Source of the DNA: Phoronis australis
Taxonomy: Eukaryota; Animalia; Phoronida
Length of the DNA stretch: 64,000 nt
Direction: 5' to 3'
Assembly: GCA_002633005.1 (NCBI GenBank)
Contig: NMRA01000146.1
Coordinates: 770,670 to 834,669, forward strand
Under the pieces are notes generated by a model that worked only from the letters and a program-made list of their open reading frames with translations, searched no databases and was not told where the DNA came from. This document shows positions 51,282 to 64,000 of this stretch, one piece after another; the first letter of the stretch is position 1; each line of letters opens with the position of its first letter. A program made the position numbers and the translations under genes.

Positions 51282-51490
51282 TTATCTAGATTCTACCAAA
51301 CCTTTTTCTTTGTTTTCTGCGTTGGCACCTTTCTCCTGTGTATCCTTCACCTCTTCATCTGCCTGCACCACCTTCTGCCTCTTCTTTTTCTTAACCAAGA
51401 AGTATACGATAACACTGGCGACCACTATGATCAACAGTGCCCCAACGATTCCAAGAATGACGCCCGAATTTGTAGATTTTTCCACCATGC
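51282..51490 (-). CDS. Terminal exon of a single-pass membrane protein (TM helix, basic stop-transfer, cytoplasmic tail)
   Basis: Acceptor ttttttaattttgtag; phase-1 MVEKSTNSGVILGIVGALLIIVVASVIVYFLVKKKKRQKVVQADEEVKDTQEK...SR*; AATAAA downstream near 51025. Confidence 0.75.
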
Positions 51491-54400
51491 CTACAAAATT
51501 AAAAAATTGCCTCAGTACAGCTGACAGCATGGTGTAAAGTGTCTATCATATTTGTGTCTTCATTGCTGCTAGTATTACTTGATGAAAGAGATTTTGGACG
51601 CGTCACCCCATTGTAATTATAAGACCAGGTAGCAAAATAATTCATTGAAAAGACAATATAATAAAGAATAAAACATTAAATAACTACCAGGAAGGTATCG
51701 AAGCCGTACACTCTCAGTCCCAAAGATGCCTTTGGCGGAGCTACATGTAAATCCTTCTTTCTAAAAAGTATAGTATTTCAAACGGGCATTTCCACGTTGT
51801 TTAGATGTAAATATTGAATCTTTAAGTGAATATGTTCCTATTGTTAAAACCCACTCAGTATCACCATACAGTTTAGTACACGGACCGCCAACTTCGTAAG
51901 TGCTTTCAATAGACTGAATCTGTGCTGTTTCTCACAAGCCGTTACATCATTATTGACTATCGTCACCTGGCCAAATTATATGGTGTAATTTTCGGCATGA
52001 ACGTCGTCTGCTAATTATGGTCGATCGCTGTGTGGCAGGGTGTTTGGCCACACAAGCGAAATGCAAAGGTGTTAGCTTCCATAGCGAACAGATACCCAAT
52101 AATCGGCTGTGGGAGAAAAACCTTATGTCTTGTTTAAAGGTTAATGACATTTTGATGACGGATGTTTTTTAAGAATTTCTGGTAGGCCTACTAGTACTAC
52201 CACTACTGACTTAATTCTCAATTATCCATTGTTCTTTTCTCCTTTTCGATGAATATTACACAACAATTTTTGGCGAAAATTGCCCGCTAAATTATTTCAA
52301 AAGATAGTGATTCACGAACTCCTGTCTTTACGAGGAAATTCAGCAATAGTCTAGTGTATGAATTAGCCAAATGGTCACCTTCGCTACCACTAATCAGTTG
52401 GTTACTATCTCAGCACTATGCGCAGAATTCCTCGTGATTTGTATCACCGATTTAGCTGATTTATTAATCTGTTTACAAATAAATGGATAGCTGGTAAAAC
52501 CTTGAACATCAATAAAGATCGCATTTATACTCCAGAAATAACCGACTTGCCTTCTCAAAGTCTGTCTCGCAATTCAACACCAGGTTACACTCATTTCATG
52601 TCGAATGTATGCCGCACACAATCACTAGACCATCTTAGCCAAGTGCATTGCCGTCTATGGAAATACAACCAGCTAACCCGAGTTTCAAACTCTTTGCAAA
52701 CAAAAAACAGGAACACTAGGGGTTGTGAAGGTTCTTTTTACTCTTCAGTGTTAAATTTTTGTAAGCGGACAAATGATTATTAAATTTCCGCCTTATGTCC
52801 TAACATTTCCAAAATAATTCTTTCAAACAAACGTTCATAAAAAAACAACCGGTTTTGTAAAGTCCTATACCATTTCTAGGGTACATAATGAACCAATCCT
52901 ACTCGTATTGTAACAAAAGGGTCCTGTGCGTAAAGGATATTTAGAATTGTCCTGAAATATTATGTGAAATATCGAATCAGATCAAGCGGTTTGGAAGTGC
53001 AGTCAGTTGCTTTGCACGCATTTCATGAATTTACCGTAGTTGGCTACAGACTGGCCCATTTTTATAAAAACTCGCAACGCAGACAAACACCTACACAAAT
53101 TGCACCCTGTGCATCCCCAGGTTCGTCAGGTATAAATAACGCCACAGACATGGAAGTTCACCAACACAATTATACCATACAGGCGTGACATTCCCTTGCC
53201 TCGAAAAACTTGAGAACCCGACAAAAACACTAATGATAAAATACCAGTGACGATAATAATCCACTTTGTTAATTTACTTCACCTTCACAATTGGAAATTG
53301 CCGCTAAAATGAAGCTGATTCGAGTAATCACCACGTGAGTCCCTAGGCCAGCCCCAATAACTATGGTAGAACCCAAGAAGCCCGAGTTGCTCTCCAATCG
53401 GGATGTGTATCAATAAGGAAACTCACTGTATCAACAGATTAGCCAAACAAAAAGAAGTCACTAAGCATTGTCACGGTGCACACGTGCACAATAACTGGGT
53501 CTATCATTTTCCCACCGCAAAAGCTTGAACCAATCAGATCACCAATGGCGCAAACCTATTGAAAACACGCTTGCTTTTTAGTGAGTCTGTTACTGCTCTT
53601 AATATTTTCAAAACTTTAATGTGTTGCGTTTAATTTATTTTCTGTTCAACTGAATGGGGCCACTAAACATAAACGCATTCAACACGATTAACGCATTGTA
53701 AAAACCACAAGTCATGCTCTATCAACATTAGACATAATCAGTACAACCCTTTCTTAAAAATGGGTTAAAATTTAGAAACAAATGACAAAATTTTCCATCA
53801 CTTGCAACGCCGAATTTTGACATGGATTTTGAGAAAGAATATCGGTATGGCGACATAAACACAGCATCGTACCGCCGAAGGCGATGATTTTTGAAATTTG
53901 ATTCGTTTTGTTGTAAGTCATTTTTCCATATGGTTCAGGATTACTTGTGAATCCAGCAACCAAAACTGAACGAGGAAGGGTTCGTGATAACATTGGTGAA
54001 CGGTTACAAAGGTGTTACAACTGGCTTCGATAATGTCATCTTCTGTGTTTTCATCGAATCTTCTCTTATGAAAACTTAAAGAAGAGCACCATCAGTGATT
54101 GAGTGAGCACGGTATACTGTGTGATTTATGTTAAATTTTTCAACGGTTCTTTTAAGAACCATTTCACGCTATACCTAAGGCTCATGCACAATACAGCCAA
54201 CGGCCCATTTAAGGGCCCCTTAACACTTCCCAGAAGAACTGCGCACTTGGGAAAGTTGAATTATATACATACAAAGGTAAGCAGTGAAATCGTTACAGCA
54301 GCGCATTTTTTTATCTGAACAAAACTTAAAATTTTTCTAAAACAAAAACGTTATATAAGTATATTTTGCATTCACAGGTACTTCTTGGAATTTGTGCACA

Positions 54401-55053
54401 AATATGCTTTCGTAGTTTTCTCATTATGTGAAAAATGAATCACAAACTGACCAATAACTATGCTGCTTGCATTGTGCAAGCAGACGACATAATCAGTCGG
54501 CACCGAAGTTTGAATTTGTAATTAATTACCTGCAGCAATGCCAAAAGTACTCATGATACCAACAGTTCTAGTATTGGAAGACTTTTAACAGCGTTTCAAT
54601 GCCAAACTTATTATATATTTTTGTTGTACTGGACAGTAAAGTATATGCAAGAATTTCCCATCAAAATATACTAACCGGAAACTACACCAGATAATTTAAG
54701 ATAGTTGCGCTTCCTCTTGGTTAGCACGGAACAAAATGTCGGAGTTGCGAATCTGTTGACTATAATCTATGATGTCACAGCTAATGCGTACAAGCGCTAT
54801 TTTTGAAATTTCTGAGCAGGCATGTTTCCCAGAGTCGCTGATAGGTCCTATGTTCTTGTTTTTATATTGGGGGTTTATTTGATACTCACAGAGACACAAC
54901 TCGTGGTTTCATAGCTCTAGTTAAAGCTAATAAATTCAAGAAGTCTTTCTCATGTAACAAATCTCCACAAGAGGTATTTTTCAATAATCTTCCCTCATGG
55001 TCAATTACAAGGATACGAATCGACTGTTGTATTTCGACATAAGCTGAACCCAC

Positions 55054-55188
55054 CTTCACCCGATGAAGCTGTTGTGACATTGAATTTTCCCATAGTGAGT
55101 CTTATAGGTACATACGGTGCAGCAGGGCTTATTGCCGCTTCTGAAGTTGACGCCGCCGGTGAAGCACTAGTCGAGCTGGCGGAGAGAC
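55054..55188 (-). CDS. Mucin-like Ser/Thr-rich repeat exon (135 nt, phase 1-1)
   Basis: gggcag|GT CTC..GAA G|gtgggt; LSASSTSASPAASTSEAAISPAAPYVPIRLTMGKFNVTTASSGE. Confidence 0.7.
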
Positions 55189-56569
55189 CTGCCCAAGAAT
55201 AAATTTCACAAAACATTAGTGGCAATGGTTTATTGGCAACGGCACATGTTTCCATAGATTTATTCATTTTGTTGAAGTTAAATTAATTAATTCAAAGTCA
55301 TCAATTGAACACAAGAACTGTTATAGGTTGCAGCGGGGGATTCTTATTTAATAAAATTTTTTTGTTGGATGCCTCACATAATCTAGATTCGTTATTTTAG
55401 CTGTTTTGCAAGTGTTAAGGTTAGCCACAAACCTCGATTCGTCATCTGCTACTTACAACATGTAAACTACAAAGACTTTTATGTCACATCCCGTCAAACT
55501 CTGACGAGAATGTTGACAGCCTTGACCCTCTACTCGAACTTTTGATTCAACGAAATGCCACCACGTCCAAAACTAAGCAGAGCTTCGAATCTGACAAAAA
55601 TATTTTCCTTATTAAAATAAAAATATCGAAATTCAAAATAGAAATATAGAGGACAAAGCTTAACATCAATTATGTTTCCAATGCTGTGCACTTTGTAAGC
55701 GTGATGACGTCGATAAGATTTTTTATTTGCAATTTTAGGGGATAAGCTCTATCCTGAGTCGCTGGTAGTTACTATGTTCTTGGTTATAACGGAAATCGAT
55801 TCATATGTGTAAAGAGATATTTTGACATCAATTTTACTACTGTAAAAGCCTAATTAGAGTTTCGTTTTCTAACAACTTAAACGGTACGAAGTGCAGCTTT
55901 AAGCGCAAGTTTGTCTGACGAAGTCACCAGTCCTTAGTTGATTTTAGAAAATATCGGGTGCAAACGACGTAGTTTTTAAAAATGTCACATGATCCTGACC
56001 TTGAATGACCTCTTAAAGTTTAAAAACCTAATTGTCCCCCCTCTTGTGAACATAACAATCGACAGAAAGATGCTGAGGTTCTGTCAAACAGTACCATGGA
56101 TATGCCTGCATGCAATTGATGCCATTAGGACAAAATTTGAAATTGAGGGATAATTATGACAAACTATATTGCCATGTGACGGATCGAAAAACCACCTCAA
56201 AGTTGTCACGTGGACCTAAAATGGTGATTTTATCTAAAACTTGCTTACACGCTCATTTAGCGCCTGGACTATCGGGACACATACAGTAGCACCCGAAATC
56301 TATAAAACGGGACCCATGGAGCCCGGAACACTTAGAACACCGGACACAAAGAAGTCGGGACGCATAGAGCCAGCGACACAATGCTACGTTACTGCGGATA
56401 TTACCTCTGCCCATCTCTCCAAGCGTTAAATTTACGAAGCATTAGTTCACGGTACAATTGAACACGTTTCGACCGGCGTATTTACTCTAGGGCAGTTTAA
56501 CCAGTTTTCCTCTAAGATATAAACTAAAAAGACTTCAACAGAACTCTGCCAAATTCCATCAAACTCTGA

Positions 56570-56670
56570 CTGTGAAGTGAAAGTTATAGCTAAAGAAGGT
56601 TTTGCAAGGCTTGTTGTCAAGTCTGACGATGACGCCATTGCTGCAAGCTTGGTGACCCTAGGAGAGAGAC
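56570..56670 (-). pseudogene. Repeat exon with an intact acceptor but no donor at the family position
   Basis: tggacag|GTCTCT; LSPRVTKLAAMASSSDLTTSLAKPSLAITFTS, then diverges from the family. Confidence 0.55.
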
Positions 56671-57698
56671 CTGTCCAAGTGTAAATTTCACAAGCCATTA
56701 TACGCGATGTTTTATTCGCAATTCCATACATTCATATAGTCCCATTTATTATATTGAACTCAAATCTGTCGAAAATATCTAAGCATTATCACAATTACCA
56801 GACGCGCGCAGACATACACACATACACATACCAACAAACACACAAACACACGTATGTATATATGGGTGTACATAAACGTGTACAGGTGCGTGTTATGACT
56901 TGGTCACATTGCTTAGATGGTGACGTTTTAGTTTTTGTCATTGAAAACAAAGTGTGTTAATGTTGATTAAATTTGCATTAGTGCACCACCCGATGCTCTT
57001 AACATACATGTACTGCAGGAACCACATCCACTGGTGTTACCATTTAAGATAGCCTTTAACTCAACTTCCCCTTATTAGTTCAGTATTATGTGGTTGCCTA
57101 ACTTTAATTTTGATCTATCTAGGTTTGTTATCCCTCGTCCAGTGCAATTGGAAACTTAGTAGTCAATGTCCATAGAAACGATGGAACAAAATTCGAGGGG
57201 GGACTCAATATAAGCATACTGAGGTTGCGTGAAAGGCGTCAGCTGGCGCATTTTTCGGTTTCAGTGCGGTTTTTGCGTTTCATTGAGTCGCTGATCGCCA
57301 TCTTTTAAATGTTGACAGGGGAAATGGGACCCCATCAGTTTAGAGAAATCATATGGCCTCGTTTACGTTTTAACGGCTGTAAATAGCTTATTTATAAGGC
57401 TGTCGTTTTAACAAATAAACAAGATGAACTGCAGCTTAATGCACTGTTTTAAGTGACAAGGTCACTGCTCCTGTTTTCACCTAATATCTAGCAGAAAATG
57501 GCCAAAATTGACGGCTTGATATGAAGTCACAAATTCAAAGTACTCCGTTGTTATATAGTTACAGTTAAAGTCTGTAATTTCAAGAAGTCTTTCCAAAGTA
57601 ATAAAAACGACAAAACTCGCTTTTTCACCATAAACCGATATTGTTCCCTCCTGGTTAAGTACACGGATACGGCTTTAATTCAACATGGAGAAACCCAC

Positions 57699-57833
57699 CG
57701 TCACCAGATATAGCTCTTGTCGAATTGACTTTTCCCGAAGTGATGCTCATAGCTTCAGAAGGTTTCGCTGAGCTAAGTGTTAAGTAAGACGTTGACGGAA
57801 TTGCTGCGAGCTTGATGGAGCGAACAGACAGAT
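57699..57833 (-). CDS. Mucin-like Ser/Thr-rich repeat exon (135 nt, phase 1-1)
   Basis: taggcag|AT CTG..GAC G|gtgggt; LSVRSIKLAAIPSTSYLTLSSAKPSEAMSITSGKVNSTRAISGD. Confidence 0.7.
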
Positions 57834-58574
57834 CTGCCTAAGTGTAAATTGCCCAAACCATTATACGCAATGATTTATTTGCAATTGCACATGTTTAAAG
57901 AGTCACATTTACTTTATTGAAGCAAAAGCTGGCGAATATATTTAAATATTTTGGCAATTATCAACTAACGGAGCAACTGATCCTTCTGCATAGATATATA
58001 CATATACATACACAGACTGATCGCTTTTAAATTAATTTATATACTTTTTCATGAGAGAAATAGGTTGTTAAAGAGTTATTAAAAGGGTTTTATTCTTACG
58101 ACTGTAAAAATCTCAGAGTTTCAGTTTTAAATTATAAAACAGAGCTAAATGCATTCTTAAGCTCAAGTTTCCAAGTCACCGGACTTTATTTCAGCGAACA
58201 TGTAGGAAAAAACGGATTATTGGTGGTTTGTATGTAAGACACAAAAACACAACACAACACTCTTCGTTGTTTTACAGCTCCATAGCTAATGACCGTAAAA
58301 ATCTAAGAGATTCCTTTCGAATAATACATGTGTGCAGTTTTAAGCGCAGTTTTCACAGTCATCGGACGTGTGGGAGAAAATGACTAATTTGCGGTTTGTA
58401 CTGAGGTCGCAACCAAACAACAAACTTCGTTGTTTTATAGCTCCAAAGCTAATAAAGTTCCAAGTTCCAAAACTACACAACATGCTTTCTTCGACTGTGA
58501 GACGATAATCTTCCTTTTTGGTTTATTAGAAAGATACGACTCTACTATTGTGTTTCAACATGCACTGGACCTAC

Positions 58575-58712
58575 CGTCACTAACTGTAACTGTTGTGGAA
58601 ATGCCTTTTCCCGTAGTGTCGCTTACAGCTACTACTGAAGGTGTTGAAGGGCTTGCTCTGGAGTCTGACGTTGACGCCGTTGCTGCGAATTTGGTGGAGA
58701 TAGCAGAGAGAC
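58575..58712 (-). CDS. Mucin-like Ser/Thr-rich repeat exon (138 nt, phase 1-1)
   Basis: tggacag|GT CTC..GAC G|gtaggt; LSAISTKFAATASTSDSRASPSTPSVVAVSDTTGKGISTTVTVSD. Confidence 0.72.
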
Positions 58713-59825
58713 CTGTCCAATTGTAAATTTCACGAAATATGAGAGATACTGTTTTATTGGCAGTTGCACACCTTTATGTCAATTTATTTGTTGCACTGAA
58801 GTCAAATCTCCCAAGTATATTTAATATTATCACAATTATCAGAAACCTAAACAGGTGGAGTCTTGTAGGTTGTTAAAGGTAAATATTTTTTATGATTTGT
58901 ATGTGTCACACGTGGCGCCGTTGCCCGTCAGATGCGAACTTGAATTTTTGAAAAAATTCCACAAAGAGAAACTGCGGAAAAGGAACGCCAGTACAGGAAA
59001 CACTGCATTTAATGGGACTACAAAGACGATGACCCAAAAAATTGGACTTCAGGAGTATCACCTCGCTCCGTGAGTGTAACGCCTGCGACTCCGTTGAACT
59101 AGAAATAATGAAGTTTCAGAAGGCACCCATATTGCCTGAAGTCACTATTGCCCCCAGCGGCAAACTGGAAGGCTTATACTTTTGAGTTAGACTCTTTTCA
59201 GATTCATAACTGAAAATGTAGTCCGACTGCCTTTACTCTAGATTTGTCCACGTCATTTATATGTATTGCCGGATACTCATCTACCTGTTCCTTTTATGTT
59301 TTAGCACCCAATGATTATGTAATAATGGTGTTACGGTTGTAACCTAGTCTTAGTGTGTGCACTCCAATTTTAGGTGCGGTGCTTAATATTCCATTACTTT
59401 CATATCATCTTCATTCTCATTATTCTTTGTTTCATTCTTTTATACAATTGTGTGTTATGTGTCAATTATTCATTAAATTCCATGTACCCATGTAAATATT
59501 ATAGTTGTCTGGGTGCCTGGAAGAGAAAAATGCTCCACGACCCTTTGCTTACTTCTGATGAACTCCATTTTTTTACAGCGTATACAACTCCGAGTTTCGT
59601 TCTTAAAATTCAAGCTCCTCAAACAAATTCAATACATTGGTGGTTTGTAAGTAAGTCACAAAAACACAACACACTTCGTTGTTTTACAGCTCCATAGCTA
59701 ATGAGCTATTCCAAGTTTCAACGCTACACAGCATGCATTCTTCGACAGTGAGACGATAATCTTCCGTTTTGGTTAATTTGAAAGATACGACTCTACTATT
59801 GTGTTTCAACATGTACTGGACCTAC

Positions 59826-59960
59826 CCTCACTAACTGTAACTGTTGTGGAGCTGCCTTTTCCCGTAGTGTCGCTTACAGCTACTGAAGGTGTGGAAGGGC
59901 TTGCTCTGAAGTCTGACGTTGACGCCGTTGCTGCGAATTTGGTGGAGATAGCAGAGAGAC
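59826..59960 (-). CDS. Mucin-like Ser/Thr-rich repeat exon (135 nt, phase 1-1)
   Basis: tggacag|GT CTC..GAG G|gtaggt; LSAISTKFAATASTSDFRASPSTPSVAVSDTTGKGSSTTVTVSE. Confidence 0.72.
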
Positions 59961-60989
59961 CTGTCCAATTGTAAATTTCACGAAATATGAGAGATACTGT
60001 TTTATTGGCAGTTGCACACCTTTATGCCAATTTATTTGTTGCACTGAAGTCAAATCTCCCAAGTATATTTAATATTATCACAATTATCAGAAACCTAAAC
60101 AAGTGAAGTCTTGTAGGTTGTTATCAGTAAATACATTTTGTGATTTGTATGTGTCGCATGTGGCGCCGTTTCCCGTCTGATGCGAACTAGAATTTTTGAA
60201 AAGTTTCCCCAAAGAGAAACTGCGGAAAAGGAACGCCAGTACAGGAAGCACTGCATTAAATGGGACTACAAAGACGATGACCCAAAAAAATTGGACTTCA
60301 GGAGCATCACCTTGCTCCGTGAGTCTGATTGCAACGCCTGAGTCTCCGTTGAACTAGACATATTGAAGTTTCAAAAGGCACCCATATTGCCTGAAGTCAC
60401 TATTGTCCCCAGCGGCAAACTGGAAGGCTTATACTTTTGAGTTAGACTCTTTTCAGATTCATAACTGAAAATGTGGTCGGAATGCCTTTACTCTAGATTT
60501 GTCCACGTTATTTATATGCATTGCCGGATACTCATCTACCTGGTTCTTTAATGTTTTAGCTCCCAATGATTATGTAATAATGCTGTTATGGTTGGAACCT
60601 AGTCTTAGTGTGTGCACTCCAATTTTAGGTGCGGTGTTTTTATTCCATTACTTTCTTATTGTCTTCACTATTCTTTATTTGATTCTTTTATACAATTGTG
60701 TGTTATGTGTCAATTATTCATTAATTTCCATGTACCCATATAAAGATTAACGTTGTCTGGGTGCCTGGAAGACAAAAATGCTCAAAGAAACTTTGCTCAC
60801 TTTTATGAACTCCTGCTTTTTTACAGCGTATACAACTCCGAGCCTCGTTCTTAAAATTAAAGCTCCTCGAGAAAATTGAATAAACAAATTTACATGATTG
60901 TAGCAATATTTGAGCCTGGAAAATTGTCTGAGGATAACCTACGAGTCACACTTGACTTTCCGGTATATAGCAATGCTTATCACACTAAT

Positions 60990-63240
60990 TAGTGGTCGAG
61001 GGTAGCTCTTGTACAGCATACATCACTCTGTTAACTATGACCTATAACTGATAAAATCACACAATCCACGAATAATAACTGGATTAAAATATATGTCAAT
61101 GAAAAGAAAATTCCTTGTGGGTTTTTCTACCGATTACCTTCACAGACAACTTTTGAAAGGAAGGCAAAAAAATTCAAAACTCCCGTGGAAAAAGTACATG
61201 ACTTGACACTGTTTAATAAAACAATTGTTATAAATGGACACTTCGATGTAAGGGACAGCACGTGGTACCTAAATGACAATGACAACCAATTCTGTCGTGA
61301 ATTATTTAATATACTCATCTCCGATGACTGCATTCAACTAATAAATGAATCAATGAGAAAACCTCTTCCCATTGCTGTATCGATCTGTGTATAACAAACA
61401 ACCTCGCAATATTCTAATCCGCTTCGGTCAGACCACCAATTTTCAATTCAGATCACCACGTTATAGAAATTACATTCACACTCAAGAGTACATATTTTTT
61501 AAAGAAATTGGGATTACAGTTTAGTCAACACGGTATCCCTAAGCCGATATCACCACATGTGAATGTGATGAAGTTCTGAAACAGAGTGACCTAAACGAAA
61601 CAGTCGCAACATTCACTCCATCACTATATAACATAGTTGATAAAAATATTCCGTCTACGAAAAATAAAAAAGTAAGAATAAACCGTAGTTTAAGCAACAG
61701 GATCAAGTCAGAAAGCAAGAAATAAAGCGGTACAAATATCATTAAGAAGTCGAAGTGCAATATGAAAATTATCGACAGTAGGATTAATGTTTCTAAAACT
61801 TAAAGGAGTGCTGTAATATATAAATGTAGTTCGAGAAAGCAATCGTCATAGCTAACATCCACCCAAAGGATACTCACACTGATGAATCGTCCACGTTTGA
61901 GAAAAGTAACTTATTTCTCCAATAATTAACATCCAAAACTCACATTGCACCAACAACAAACATTCCTGAATTCCCAAGAAGAACGTTTGAACGTCTCTTA
62001 GAGATATAAGTAAGATTGTCTGAGGTTAGGAATCTATTAGAAAACATAGATGACCACAAAAACGACAAAAACGACCCCGTAACTAATAAAATGATCAATA
62101 TGTATACAAACGAACTCAAAGAACCTCTGAAAATATTATACAACAAAATACTGCATTTAGGAGTAATAACGATCCCGGTACACAGAGAGCACTAGGAAAC
62201 TGACGTTGTTAACTATCGTTCAATAACACTTCGCAGCTCCTTGTCTAAAATATTAGAAACAATATTTACCAACAAATGTTTCGGCACCATATCCCTTAGT
62301 ACCCAATCTACCATCGACAGTTCGGATTGATGCCTGGAAACTACTGTGTGTCAACTCATTGAAATTGCACATGAAATTCACATGTACTTTGAGTAAGGTT
62401 TTAATGTAAAAACTGTTTCTAGACATTGCGTCAGCACTCGATGTTGTCCCCAGGATCTGTTTCTCATGGTTGCCCAAGCATTCAGTTCCGACTTCTACAC
62501 TCGCACCTTGCTTGTCGAACATATAAAATGCGTATCGATGGCGTTCACTCACTCTCGTCTTCGGTCGGCTATGGCTATGTTGGAGTACCTCAGGATAGCG
62601 TAATCGGTCCTGTCCTCTTTTTACTAAACAATGACGATATTCGTACTACATACACCCTAAGACCTTCTTACAGGCTGACGACAGAGCGTTTTTCTGTCCA
62701 TTCCTAAAACATTATCCTCAGCACTCCCTTCAATTACAATCTGAATTGGACAAAAACAAGGATGATCTCATCAATTAAAGATGAAATTTTAACCTGAAAA
62801 AGTTGATTTCACATTTTTCCAAATCTATCAATACAGGATACCACACAAGTTCAATCTTTAATATGTCTGTAAACGGAGACAATATCCCCACAAACACACA
62901 AATTAAGACCTTGGTGACTGGACAAAAGGCTCAAATTCACACCCCACTGTCGTGAAATTGTGTAAAAGGTACAAAAGCTAATTAATTCAATCAAAATTGT
63001 CTTTGTTATCTTATCTCCGACAACTTGGAATTTTTTCGGGACGTTTGTGCAACTAATCTTCACAAATGTGAAATCATAAGCCAGTCATCGAGCGCATGTT
63101 TGCTTCTCCAATTAGACAGGTTTAGTGATAGACCGGAACATACAAAGGATCCAACCCCATTAATATCCCGAGTAGTCTCAACTGCGCCAAATTAGAAACA
63201 AGTCGTTAACTTCAGACCTTCACTAAAATCTTTAAAATTT
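60990..63240 (+). mobile_element. Heavily decayed CR1/Jockey-group LINE ORF2
   Basis: Fragments IVINGHFD, SDH, NYRSITL..SLSKILE, GVPQDSVIGPVLFLL..DDI and QADD occur in APE-RT order with many stops. Confidence 0.75.
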
Positions 63241-64000
63241 TACACAGCATCAAAAACTATTCAAACAAAATCCTACTTGACTCTCAGAAGTGGCAATGCT
63301 CTTGACCTTGGACTTCGACATGGTATCTCATTTTCTATTCCACATTCCTCGGCCAGGCCTTTCGAAGATCCACAATAATAACTTTAATTGTCAATTTTAA
63401 TTCATATTGAAACCATAAATGAATTTTAATTTAACAATATACAAAGCAATACAACTAAAATTAAAGTAACCAACGGGGTATGCAAATGAAAGACTTCTAT
63501 ACCTGAATTTTACGAAGACCGATTTATCAGTTCTGTAAAATTTATTACATATAGGCATGGGCTGTGCACTTTTGAAATAAGTGAGAAACTATAGCCCCCT
63601 AGTCCCCTATGGTGCGCTGCCATGCCTGAAGATTTGTTTTCAAAAGGGGAAAATACTTTGAACGTCTTTAAGGACAGTTCCTAACCTGACATTCAATATT
63701 TAAAATAAAGAAACAAAATAGACGACAATGAAGCATGAATCTTGTTAAAATGCCCAACGTTAAATGGTCGTCGACCACTCTGTTTAACCACGTTTCGGCA
63801 TTTAAGAAAGTCACTCAGCGACGTAATAAGATTATGAAATATGTAAAAGGGCAAAATACCTCTATTGAAACTTGCCTTGGGTCGAAGGGGTCGTGGGTCG
63901 AGAGGATTTGTGGGTTGAGGGGTTTGGTTGTCGAGTGGGTCAAGGGTATTTGAGAACAATCCATAAATTACCAGAATAGTGTATATCGTTCACCTGGCTC

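Larger units (their letters stand above)
53355..57479. repeat. Segmental duplication, copy B
   Basis: Colinear with 1-3302. Confidence 0.95.
58410..60868. repeat. Recent tandem duplication of a ~1.25-kb exon+intron unit (58410-59620 / 59660-60868)
   Basis: Both units run from cttcgttgtttta.agctcca to cttaaaatt.aagctcctc with high identity. Confidence 0.9.

Noticed and set aside
50895-51524. 209-aa hydrophobic plus-strand ORF
   Set aside because: Antisense shadow of the TM exon and its 3' UTR, and includes a CA microsatellite.
63765-63830. Possible minus-strand hammerhead (CTGAGTGA..GAAAC..GTC)
   Set aside because: Core spacing is wrong and stem II cannot form.

Overview
AT-rich animal genomic DNA, probably from an invertebrate (inferred from spliceosomal introns and the TE families present), dominated by transposable elements. 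At left is a three-level nest: Ngaro/DIRS-like split repeats, a full-length BEL/Pao LTR element inserted in them (4532-15670, 216-bp LTRs, ATCAT TSD), and a LOA-clade LINE inserted in that (6506-11673, 12-bp TSD, T-rich tail). Further right are a second full-length BEL/Pao element on the minus strand (21768-28297), a Merlin-like MITE, a foldback element with ~1.25-kb arms and a Tc1-like transposase remnant, a Penelope element with inverted terminal repeats carrying minimal hammerhead ribozymes, and several decayed TE fragments. The best host-gene candidate is a minus-strand, mucin-like single-pass membrane protein built from duplicated 135/138-nt phase-1 Ser/Thr-rich exons (about 51.3-60 kb); part of it is duplicated and decaying at 1-3302. 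The most novel signal: the first BEL/Pao element has no tRNA PBS. Instead it has a 10-nt site perfectly complementary to an AGTT-starting segment of its own LTR, the layout of Tf1-type self-priming. All calls are by eye; no searches were run.
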